A stretch of 64,000 nucleotides of DNA. Source: Macrostomum lignano (Eukaryota). Where the stretch lies: assembly GCA_002269645.1 (NCBI GenBank), contig NIVC01002490.1:38855-102854 (forward strand), read 5' to 3'. The position numbers were made by a program, and so were the translations under genes. Of the stretch, positions 23,957 to 39,000 are shown piece by piece. A model generated the notes under the pieces. The model had not been told where the DNA came from. It did no database searches and was given only the letters and a program-made list of their open reading frames with translations. The first letter of the stretch is position 1; every line of letters starts with the position of its first letter.

Positions 23957-24514
23957 TAGTCCCGTTCCAAAAAAGTCTAACAGAATTGAAGAAAAGTCGA
24001 ACTTTCTTTCATGTTGGTTTCCCCATGAGACACATCTTAAGAAAGGCGACGTGAAATTCCAAATGTATGAACCATAGACCAATTAATGTGGCATTGAGAT
24101 GTCGAAACGAGATGTCAATTAACATTAATTATGTACTTTTACTTTAACATTCAAGGCTTTCTTGCATGTACTATATTGCAAATTTTACAATCCATGTACA
24201 TGTAAACTGAAAATTTTAATCATTTGAAAATTTATCTATATGCCTTTTGTACTGTATGTACAACTGCATGTACAATTTGCATACCAAATCGTGTAAATCT
24301 TGATTGACAGCCTGATGAAAAAAAATAAACAAATAACACAAAAAATGAATGTTTATCTTTTTCAAGCATTTGAAAAGAAGATGTTAACTGAAAAAGTCCC
24401 TTTTTATCGACGATTGACTGATTATAAGCATGCAGGCTTATGTTATAACGATGCACACATTTTGAGGAAGCTTTGGCTGAACGAAGACGCGCGTGCATTG
24501 AACTTTTATATTGT

Positions 24515-26459
24515 TTAGCGGCAGTACTTGTTGTTGTCATTTGTCTTATCGTCGAGCGCGATTCGTACCTCATGAGCCTCGGCTGTCTCGCTAGGATTGT
24601 CTCGCCTAGATTGCTCCTGAGGATCCACGCCGTGACGCAGTCGCCGAAAACTCTTGATTAGTCCGCGCTTGACCCGTCTAAAACGAGAGCTCATCCAGTT
24701 GCTCTGCCGCCTGGGCTCCAAGTTCTCCGGTTGAGCTGATCTACTACCTGCTGCTTGAGTTTGTACGCTGCTGTCAACGTTCGAGCCAGACTGCGGCACA
24801 GAAGCCGCGCTGGAGGCGGACATCACCGTGACTGGAGTGGACACATCGCAACTGTCGAGCTCTCCGCCAGGGCTTGTTTGCGACCGACTCGCAAGCACAT
24901 CCTGGTGGATTGCGATTTATTGCATGTTTCATTCTATACTCAATGAAAAATGTTAAGGCTTGATGTTTTACAGCGAACGAATTTTAAGGACAAGAACAAC
25001 TTTCCAACCAGTTTTGAAGAAGTATCGAGTACCATCAATACTTTTAAAAGAAATTACATGCAGATCCAATGGTTTATGGATATTACATACCGGCATGCAT
25101 CTATACATTTGTGATCACACAAATTTCTGAATCTCATTCAACTACCTGAACATGCAAATACCCTTGCTGGTCCAGAGCCAACCAAGCTGCAGGTTTAAAA
25201 TATTTCACCTGATCCGTGTCGCTTAAGTCCGACAGCAGATCCGGCGGCAGGTCGGACGCCTCCGACTTGTTGCTGTCCGGAACGTCTGACTGTCCGGCTG
25301 CGATCAGAACAGGAACTGTGTCCAGCTCCTCGTCCTCATCTTGGAGATTGGTCTCGAACTCAACACCGCTGGAGAGAGGAGCTGCTGGAAGCTCTAAGCT
25401 CTTGACGTCAGCCACAGCGCCACACAGTTCAAGTTCGGCACCGGATTCGATTGAAACAGTGTCACTGAGGACTGCTGGAGACTGAACTCTGCATGTTGGT
25501 GGTATAGTTTATGAGAAGTAAGACAGTGAGTTGATTCAGCATTCTGCAGAACCTGACTTATGGTGTAGCATGTACACATGTAGCTACGATCTAAAAAGCT
25601 TCATTGTTTTCAAAAATTGCATCGCAATCCTAGCCAGACAGCTCCCTAATATCAGCACCTCAATACCCGCACCTCAACTTAAAGACCAACGACGTTCAGA
25701 CTCAACAACCCCATTAAGTGCACCCCAGCACCACCAACCACTTATACGAGTACAGCACCTCAACATTCACAGGTCAAAACATCAATACCCCAACAACAAT
25801 ACACCAAGATCAGCTCAACATCAACACCCTAACATCATCACCCCCCGACACCAACATCACAACACCACAACATGGCAACACCACAACATCACAACACCAC
25901 AACATCACAACACCACAACATCAACACCCCAATATCAACTATCCAACACAAACAGATTTCAGATATTTCCCAAACCAGAAAACCACCCGATTAAAACCAA
26001 CCGCTCCCATTACCGCATCGGAGAATGGCCAGTCCACACGTCCTGAATTTGATCGCACTCGAAGCCAGCTCCGCTCTCCAGACTGAAGCTGTCACTCTCG
26101 CGCATTAGCAACGCGGGATCGTCCATTGAACTGTTGCTTTTCGGACTCAACTCAACTTGGCGCTGAGGTGACTGGTAATTAAGCATCAGATCACTGTTGG
26201 AGCTTTGATGAATTGTCGTACATTCCGTTCCTTTATTGCATGTTGACCTGCTGCCAGATTTGCCGCGGTTCGTACCCGATCGGCGAGCTGTGCGGCACTG
26301 CAATGCTCGGCTAAATGCGCTGTTCGAGTTTGACGTCTCGGTTAGTTGCTGAGGCCTCTTTAGCTGGCAGGCTGAGCGAACGGCTCGAGCAGCTGAAAAT
26401 TGTTTAAAATGATAAAAATTGTCGTCCAAAAATGCATTGGGTCCCAGAAAGGGTGCCAT
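24515..26459 (-). CDS. Orphan, Ser-rich low-complexity protein; exons 26459-26014, 25488-25209, 24901-24515 (may have further 5' exons)
   Basis: Three GC-rich ORF segments join through canonical phase-matched sites: ATGCG|GTAATG...CATGCAG|A (phase 2) and GATCAG|GTGAAA...CACCAG|GAT (phase 0), giving 370 aa. I recognise no domain. Confidence 0.55.
25700..25950. repeat. Degenerate CAA/CAC-rich repeat in intron 1 of the orphan gene
   Basis: CAACACCACAACATCA-type units are visible. Confidence 0.8.
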
Positions 26460-27279
26460 CCAGAAAAGTTAGGGGCAAATCCCAGTTATGTGATAACTTG
26501 AATGTGCTGAACCAATTTGAGTACTGCATCAAAGAGGAATCCAAAACCCTGGTGGTCCACACGTTCAGGACCGACGCGCTTTGTGTTCTGGCCTCAGCAG
26601 TTTTTTTCACAGACGCTGCAGACGCCCCATGCACCAGTGAGGTGAGGACAGGTGCGCACTCGGCATTCAGTCAGTGGTTTTCACGTTTCACCTTGAGCAC
26701 CAAGAGTTGTTTTGAGACGAACCATCTACAACACTGCTTTAGGAGTTTATATTGTACAGCATATTTTAGTTCAGCGTTGGTTTAAGTACTATACGGGCGC
26801 CAATTTGGTTGTCAGGAGCACACCGGCTTGGTTGCTAGGGGGCACCGATCATCAAACTGAACTGGGGGTTGCTACGAGGATAATTTGTTTATTAGATTGT
26901 TCACCTTCATTGTCGCCATAGTTCGAATGCAAGATGCGAGATTTCATGCGTTTTTTAGAAGTAAAAAGGCAGAAAAGCTTATGTGGATTATTAAAACATA
27001 CCAGATCGTAGAAACTGCATTGCATTGCTTCCAAATTCTTTTATGTTCGTCATGGCCACTGTTCGCCGTACGACTTGTAAGTCAGTTTATCCCAAGCCTG
27101 CAGATTCTATTCGAGAGTTGGCCAAGTGTTTAAAACCGGGAATAAGCTGTTTTGACTACCTGCTGCAGTGCGCGCATTTGATTTCATCCTTTAAAGCTTT
27201 CAAAATTGATCTATGGCATGGCAGAGGCTCTCGCACTCTAAGTTTATTTTTAACATAAAGCTTGACTACAGTATAAATA

Positions 27280-27344
27280 AGTCTGTGTGTGTGTGCGCCT
27301 TCTCTGCGTCTGTCTGTGTGTCTGTCTGTCTGTCTGTCTGTCTT

Positions 27345-27407
<63 letters not shown>

Positions 27408-27488
27408 TTCTGTCTGTCTGTCTGTCTTTCTGTCTGTCTTTCTGTCTGTCTGTCTGTCTTTCTGTCTGTCTGTCTGTCTGTCTGTATT

Positions 27489-27519
<31 letters not shown>

Positions 27520-27555
27520 GTCTGTCTGTCTGTCTGTCCGTCTGTCTGTCTGTCC
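27280..27555. repeat. (TGTC)n microsatellite
   Basis: Directly visible. Confidence 0.96.
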
Positions 27556-28314
27556 GTCTAAACAAATATTTTGACCAACAAAATTTTTCTAGCTCGCGGC
27601 GAGCTGTTTGACGTCAAAGAGGCCCATGCATGGGTAAGAGATTTCTTTACCAAATTATTGCGTACCTTTGCTTTTTCACAGCTGCTATGCGCCTCTCTTC
27701 ATGTGTCACTGGCGGCCATTTTACGTGCAAGAAGGCTTGACCCTCATTTTGTTTATTAATTTTTTAATTAAACAACGCAGCTGAAGGTTGCCAGCTGATG
27801 GCTGTTTTAAGTGCATTTCATCTGCCCCTCTCCCCCACTTGTATTCGAGCGCATTAGTTATAAATGCGATGCAAATTCTGGTTGGCAATCAATTCTCGCT
27901 TCGAATCGAATATTCAAACACATTAAAATCCAATGTCCTACGCACTCGGAGATCCTTCGCAACGAGAAGCAGAAGCGGCTGCTGCAGAGCTTGACAACCC
28001 GACGCTGATGATAAATCAACCGCGATTGAAGGTTCGACGAAATGCCATCTGCGTCATCGACGTTCGTCAGGAGGTCCCGACTTTCGATGGAATCCAACGA
28101 TTTCCGATCGGCTGCGCGGGCAAGCCGGATGAAGCTGCGATTGGCTTGTCTGAGATTCTGGACTAGCTAAATCAATGTTCCAATAGTAATCGCTTCATTG
28201 CATGCATTCTTTTTTTTTAACGAAAATAACCAAATTTGCAACATCAACAAATTAACATATTTTCTATTGATTCTTATTTTTTGGTACATTAAAAACAATT
28301 GCTGCTAGCCGTAG

Positions 28315-31010
<2,696 letters not shown>

Positions 31011-31137
31011 TCTCTCAGAGCACGGTTGTTTGCTTTGATTATATACACATTTATAATTGCAACTTAAAAGTTTGAATCGCGCTAAAACCATGCAGAAACC
31101 ACCTGCGGTTCTCGTCTCAACTTTGGGTGGATAGAAT

Positions 31138-32908
31138 TCACGCCTCCCCTGAAGAGAGAATTCGGTCGATACAATATGCCCTGAAAACTACTGATTTCCC
31201 ATGAATCCATGACCCAGCAGAAGTCCAAAAAAGCAATCCTAGAAATCCTATCGCATTGTCTGCAGTGTACAGGTATGCAAAATATTACAGTGACTTTAGT
31301 TGATATCGGTATAGAATGAAACTAATCCATTCTGCCAGAGCCTCAGAAGTTGGCCTTTCATGGCTGAGTATCGCCTCAGGCCAATCGCACGGAATCGAAC
31401 CAACTATACATGCATACATTTTTCGCAAGAGGCAGCTGCTCAGCCTCTCAATTGCTTCATCAGTTGTTTATTATTAAAGTGCAGCCGAGCTCTGGCAGCC
31501 CGTCTCTATTCTGTCCAGCTCTCGGCCGCAGCAATTCGCTGCATTTTGCATTCCTGCCACCTGCAGCCAGCAGCAACAGACAGGCTTGAGCACGCACTGA
31601 ATGGTCTGAGAGCCATCGAATTATGATATGCGAGCATGGTCACAATGGCTTTTTAAGACAAAACGCAGTCGAGCTGTAGGCAGCGGGTGGTTAGAGAGGC
31701 CAGCTTAACCTCTCTGTATCTCTGCTCGCTCGCTATTCTCAGGCCAGCTCACCGCTCTGTCAGCCTCCCTGCAGTTTGGCAGACTCCGGGGCAACCAGCA
31801 GTGCTGTACTCGGTCTGTTTTGAGTAGTGAGCTGAATGGAGCTGCATTCTAGCTAGACTTATTTATTATCTCAGGCAGGAGTTGCGGGGGTTGGGTGGTT
31901 CGAGAGGCCAGTATGGGGTGATTGCGAACTCGAGTAGTTTTCTCTTTGCGGGCTTTTATGACGCCAGACTGTCGCACTGCGAGTGCTGAGCTGGGTGGGG
32001 CCGTTCCAGATGAAGCTTGGAGATTCATTTAGCGATGAGGCTGCCGAGATGACCAGCGCAAAGCTGAGCTGTCTGAGGCTGCAGTGGCAGCTGCTCCCGA
32101 AAGAGTTGCAGCCCCAGCCTTGCACAATGGAGACTCTGCATTGTGCTTTAGCACCCTGCCTGCCCCCTCACTGCACCTTCGCTTCTGTGCTCAGAGATGA
32201 CGGGCGGAGGCTGGGCTGCCAGCCAGCTGCATTTTTTTGATAGTTTAGCGCTTTCTCGAAGCATGAGAAAACAAGCGTTTATTGAGCGGAGTCTGCATGA
32301 TCTGAGCTGGGATCTGATAGAGAACAAAGAAGCTGAGCTGGGATCTTATGGAGAGTAGAGAAGCTGAGCTTTCGAGTTGACAAATCTCAGCAGTGAAATG
32401 CTAAAGTGCCGGTCACCAAGTGCAAAATGCAATAAAAAAGCCAGGCAGCCGCAGTGCACAGATAAACCGTGTGAAATCCAAAATCAGCCTATATGTGAGT
32501 CCCGCACTGTCCTGGGCAGGCCGAGAGCTGGACAGAACAGAGACGGGCCGCCAGAGCTCGGCTGCACTTTAATAATAAACAACTGATGAAGCAATTGAGA
32601 GGCTGAGCAGCTGCCTCTTGCGAAAAATGTATGCATGTATAGTTGGTTCGATTCCGTGCGATTGGCCTGGGGCGGTGCTCGGCCATGAGGGGCCGACTTC
32701 TGAGGCTCTGGCAGAATGGATTGGTTTCATTCTATACCGATATCAACTAAAGTCACTGTAATATTTTGCATACCTGTACACTGCAGACAATGCGATAGGA
32801 TTTCTAGGATTGCTTTTTTGGACTTCTGCTGGGTCATGGATTCATGGGAAATCAGTAGTTTTCAGGGCATATTGTATCGACCGAATTCTCTCTTCAGGGG
32901 AGGCGTGA
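31138..32908. mobile_element. Non-autonomous foldback-type DNA element with ~390-bp terminal inverted repeats
   Basis: 31138-31527 (TCACGCCTCCCCTGAAGAGAGAATTCGG...CTCTCGGCC) is the near-identical reverse complement of 32519-32908. The ~1-kb interior has no recognisable transposase; I see no clear TSD. Confidence 0.88.
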
Positions 32909-32944
32909 GAAACCCTAGAGGACATTGACTTGTTGATTCTTAGC

Positions 32945-33120
32945 AGATCTTATATCTATTTTCTTGGGTTGCTGCACAAGTACTTGCAAGAACGTGCAAG
33001 ATCTTCGCTATGCTAATACTTAGGTAAACTTACCAGATCTGGGCAACTTGCTACATCGTCCAGGATCTTATCTTTTATATCTTGCAAGATCTTATTAGTA
33101 AGATCTTGCAAGAGCAGCAA
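32945..33120. repeat. GCAAGATCTT-rich short repeat remnant (possible MITE fragment)
   Basis: Several copies of (CTT)GCAAGATCTT / AGATCT. Confidence 0.45.
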
Positions 33121-36008
33121 ATAACTTCCGTGATTAGCCAAAGCTATATTATTATTAGTTTATTGTAACCTTTCTGTATTGTATATCTGTTTTCAAAACT
33201 GTGCAGTAGACAGTAATGTTAAATAAGAAAGACAATTAATGACATCATTTTCAGTAATCCTTACAAATATATAGTACTGTATAAAATTATTATATTATGT
33301 ATACTCGTAATATGTACATAATTAAAATTAATAAATATGTATGTATTACATTATATCACATGATTTGGCAAATTAAGGTAAAACAATATTGATCAAGTAA
33401 TAGAGCGCATTAAAACAAAATGGCAATTGTGAGCAAATTAAAAGTACAAGTAGCATATTTATGCAGCAGGCTATGGAACAGGTATGGCAGGTATGGCTAT
33501 TGGCTAGAGTTGGAGTAAAACTGCCAATTTAATTTTTACCACTGCATTGGGGTATAGAAACTTAAACATATTGCTATAGTAGTATGGTTCGGGTCCACAG
33601 GTAAACTTGCAACAACTGATAAGCATTACGTACAATCTCTGCTGCTGTTAAAGTACATTTACAACCCCCGTCTGCGTCAACCCCTCCCCTAAAGCTGTCT
33701 GCACTCAACCTTCAATGTCTTCTGTCCCAGGCAATACGCATGCATGCAGATTGAGCCCCTGTACCAATTTTGGCATGACGATCATCATTGCATTTCTAGC
33801 CAATTCTATATGTATATCAATCAGTGCCATAATCACAGCATACGGGAACTTTACCAACTGAACCTGTGCGTGGCTGCCCGACGCATCCCGCTTGATTGCC
33901 TCCAAACTCAATCCAGACAGTGCATGGGCTGATCTCGGAAGCGCTTCCTAGATACATGTAGTTATATAAATCCACGTTTACTGCGACCACACGTGCATGT
34001 CGCAACGCTGTACACGTGCATTTTACATACTCAGCAACTTCAAAAGTCGCCATCACAGAAGATTCCGTCGGTGCATATCGCCACTTTTGAAAGTATACAG
34101 GTAAAGTCTCTCAATCTTGCGAGTGACGCAACAATTACATATAGCTATAACGCTGCGGCAGACTTAAGTTGAGGAATGAAGTGGGGGGGGGCGGCCGTGT
34201 GCCTGTTGGACAGATAAAAGCTATCCCAATGAGTTTCTCTAATATTTTTCAGAATAGTACAAGAGATATTGTTCACTGGTGCATGGAGTGGTGACTCGTC
34301 AAACGTTGCTGAGTATATCACTCTAGCTTGATGTACATTAGACTAAAAATATTGCATAAATCGCATTTATCCCATCAGTAAATTACTAGCTGGAAGACAG
34401 CCTGCAGGAACGAGATTATATTATTATACATGCAATTCTGTACTGATGTACATGTACAAAATATACATAAAATTTCGGGAATATTAACATGCGATCGATG
34501 CAAAGGATGGCGCGGTCTGAATATTGAATATTGAATTGCTTAAAAATGCATTAGCGTCATAAAGTCGGGAAACTTGCATTGTACAGATCGTCGAAATCGC
34601 GGTGAAGTTTCCAGCTTGTGAATGACAGTAATTGCTAGCACTATTCTAGAAAAAAAGAATAAATTTGCAGCCATTAAAACATTAATATTATTCTATAACG
34701 CATGTAGAAACGTCATTTTAAAATATAGTCTAAATACTAAAAATATTCTTGCTGTGTCTATGTGATCGACTCCAAAGTTAAAATTATGGAAATAATGTTG
34801 TTTTATCGTTTTAGTGTGCGTGCACTAAACTTTTGAATTCGGTATTTTGGGTCATTTTAAACTACGTCGCGGTCAGTCACGCTTCACGCGTATGATACGT
34901 GCTCGAGTTGCACTTTTGCTAATTCTTCCAATAGTATTTAACGCAGGTTCGTCCTCAGTACTCTGCCACATACTGAGGCTTTTAGCGAAGCAAGTACTAA
35001 AAAATGCTTTCACAAGCTGTTTAACAGATTAGACTTATCCTTATCGGCTCTTAACTAAGTCTAACCATAACTATTTAGGTTAATTAAAACGCAACTCAAA
35101 GACACTTGACTAAAAGGGCAAAAACGAAGTCTAGTTTCCTTTCATTTTATTTAAATTTTTTTAATACGTTTATGGAGTCAACTAAGACCAGACTCAGACT
35201 CTGAGTTTAAGTCTGACTCTGAGGTTTACTAGATAGACTGATGATAAGAAAAATGTTCTACCAAATGAATTGAAATAGGCCTATGAATCTAATTTTCCAA
35301 ATTCTGAATCACACTCATGCCATTTAATTTGGCAAAGCATGTCAGAATTTATTGTTTATTTTTCTCTTTTTATTTCGTACATTTACATTTTACAAGATTC
35401 AGCAAATCTGCAAATTTACTAACAAGAATGTAATGTACCAATACAATAAACAATAATAGGCCTATGACTTGACTACTGACCAACTATGTTTAGTAAACTA
35501 TCTTTTTCTTGTTTTTAAAATTAACTTTTATATCAATATATCATTTAGTATTGATTTGATAAAGAAATTTAAAATAAGGTCAATTGGTACTAGTCAATCT
35601 TGTATACCAAGGGTGCCAGTCACATAATTAATTAGGAACAGAGTCAACAACTATAACAAAAAAGCATTATCATTATTTAGGCTAGGCTTAATTTAAGTAT
35701 ATCATTTATAAATATTGAAAAAAATGTTGCGTAACTAAGTGTAGATCTAAAATAGGCTATTTGCTTTTTTTCTATTTTGCCTTTGCTAAAATGATAATTT
35801 GATAAATATTTGTCTTGTCCTTTTTGTCCTGATCTGGATCTTTATTTTTTGCCTTTGCATTATATACTTTTGGTTATGACTATATAACCTATGCTTAAAG
35901 TTTCAATATATTTTAATAAATAACTAAATAAAACCAAAGCTAAAAATTGATTTTGTTTCAATCATTTGTTCCAGCTTATCTTTCATTTGAAACTAACAAG
36001 CAAAAAAT

Positions 36009-39000
36009 ATGACTAACAACAAGCCTAAGCCATTCACCATTGGAGTCCTGCGTGAGACTATGGTGCCAAATGAAACTAGGACTCCATTGACTCCTAACCA
36101 ATGTGCCAAGATACTAGCTCAATATGGTGACAAAGTGGCCATTGTGGTTGAGAAATATCCATTTCGCTGCTATAGTGACAAGGAATATGAAGATCTTGGA
36201 ATAAAGCTAGTTGAGAAGGTAAGTATATACTTGTATATAGAGACCATATTTTTCTTTATTTGCTAAAATGTTGTATAGTATATAGTTGTATAGTAATTTC
36301 AGGCTATGGATGGAACTTGCTATTATATTATGACTTAATGCAGTGATTATATACTGGATAATTGTATGCAGTTAATTTTTCAGCTTTGAATCTGTACAGA
36401 TTTTATATTTTTCGGTTCAGTTCAGAAGTTTTTTTGTTGCAGAATATGTTCAATTTGCATCAAAAAAGTTTAAACTACAATTTTTATTACCTACTTGTTT
36501 AAGGTACTGTTAGTAGAACTAAAGGCATTTTTTCTATGATTTTATTCTTTCAAACAAAAATGTTACAAAATTTAAATATTAAAAAATCGCAGGCTGAAAA
36601 TGTAGATTTGCTACTGGGCGTCAAGGCGGCTTCCATTGAGTCGCTGAAGGACAACTCAACCTACGTGATGTTCTCGCACACAGCCAAGCGGCAGCCGCAA
36701 AATCGCACGCTGCTTAGAGCAATCCTAGCCAAAGGTATTCGCCTAATGGATTGGGAATTTATGCGTGACGAGAACAAAGTTCGCCTAATTGGTTTCGGCC
36801 GCTGGGCCGGCATAGTCGGGGCGCACAACACCATAGCGGCTTGGGGTAAAAAGACTGGCCGCTTTGATCTGTTCCGCCTGTGCAAAATCGCCGACTGGGA
36901 GGCGGCGCAGAGGCGCTACCGCGAGGAGCTGCCCATTGAACTGCTGCGCGGTGAGTATAGCGGCTCCTCTGATTTGAGTAGAGCTGTCTAATTATTACTG
37001 TTTTCGCTCTCTCGTCTCTTCCCCACCTTAGTCAGGGGGCTTTGATGCAAATCAAGGCAGTCGCCAGCCGACCTGCAGCCAGCCTGGACACCTGACGCCT
37101 GGGCACGCACACGGATATGTCCGCAGGTACACACACAAAGGTGTACAAACGTTAGACTGAGGAGTAGTGTTAAGCGCTAAAATTAGGCTTTAACGCACCA
37201 AAGGTTATGCTCTATGAGGAATTCCTGAGATGCCGAGGGTCATTAGGGGATTTCTTAGATATCAAAGGTAATAAAATGGAATTCCTTAGATTCCAAGGGT
37301 CATAGGGAGTTCCTTAGATGCCAAGGGTCATAAAGAGGATTCAATGAGATGCCAAGTTTCATAAAGGGAATTGCTGAGATTTTAAGGGTCATAGATGAAA
37401 TTCTTTAGATATTATGGGTCATAGAAGTAACTGCTGAAATGCCAATGGTCATAAAGAGAATTGCTGAGATGCCAAGGGTCATAAAGGGACTGCTGAGATG
37501 CCAAGGGTCATAGAGGGAATTGCTGAGATCTCAATGGTCATAAAGGGACTGCTGAGATGCCAAGGGTCATAGAGGGACTGCTGAGATGCCAAGGGTCATA
37601 GAGGGAATTGCTGAGATCTCAATGGTCATAAAGGGACTGCTGAGATGCCAAGGGTCATAGAGGGAATTGCTGAGATCTCAATGGTCATAAAGGGACTGCT
37701 GAGATGCCAAGGGTCATAAAGAGAATTGCTGAGATGCCAAGGGTCATAAAGGGACTGCTGAGATGCCAAGGGTCATAGAGGGAATTTCTGAGATGCCAAG
37801 GGTCATAGAGGGAATTGCTGAGATCTCAATGGTCATAAAGGGACTGCTGAGATGCCAAGGGTCATAGAGGGAATTGCTGAGATCTCAATGGTCATAAAGG
37901 GACTGCTGAGATGCCAAGGGTCATAAAGAGAATTGCTGAGATGCCAAGGGTCATAAAGGGACTGCTGAGATGCCAAGGGTCATAGAGGGACTGCTGAGAT
38001 GCCAAGGGTCATAGAGGGAATTGCTGAGATCTCAATGGTCATAAAGGGACTGCTGAGATGCCAAGGGTCATAGAGGGAATTGCTGAGATCTCAATGGTCA
38101 TAAAGGGACTGCTGAGATGCCAAGGGTCATAAAGAGAATTGCTGAGATGCCAAGGGTCATAAAGGGACTGCTGAGATGCCAAGGGTCATAGAGGGAATTT
38201 CTGAGATCTCAATGGTCATAAAGGGACTGCTGAGATGCCAAGGGTCATAGAGGGAATTGCTGAGATCTCAATGGTCATAAAGGGACTGCTGAGATGCCAA
38301 GGGTCATAAAGGGAATTGCTTAGACGCCAAGGGTCATAGGGGAATTGCTGAGATGCCAAGGGTCATAAAGGGAATTGCTTAGACGCCAAGGGTCATAGGG
38401 GAATTGCTGAGATGCCAAGGGTCATAGAGGAATTGCTGAGATGCCAAGGGTCATAGAGGGAATTGCTGTGATGCCAAGGGTCATAGAGGGAGTTGCTGAG
38501 ATGCTAACGGTCATAGAGGGAATTGCTAAGATTCAATGGTCATAAAGGGACTGCTGAGACGCCAAGGGTCATAGAGGGAGTTGCTGAGAATGCGGGGGGC
38601 AATTCAAAGTGGGAAAGCAGATATCTCATGCTTGAAAGTTGGATATCTGTGCTAGATAAAAAATTTTCTTATTGTTTTCTATTTGCAATCTTCATTTAGT
38701 GATTTTACTAAACAAACAATGATTTGCTTATCTAGCGCTTATCAACAACTGGGGGAAGAGCTAAGACTGCCAGTGTATTTTATATGATCGCTAATACTCG
38801 ACCTCGCCATTCCGCAGGCATGCGAGTTGTCCTCACCGGCAGCGGTCGGGTCGGCACCGGCTGCAGAGAGATTCTGGATTTGCTCGGCTTCGAAAAGATC
38901 TCGCCAGCCGATCTGCTGGCCCGCGACTGGTCATCGGCCGATCATCCGCCCGTGTACGCCCAGCTGCCCGCCGACCACCTGTTCCGCCTTGGCCCGGACA

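Noticed and set aside
33700-34060. Moderately GC-rich segment with short ORFs on both strands
   Set aside because: No recognisable motif or consistent splice pattern; it cannot be supported as a gene or TE.
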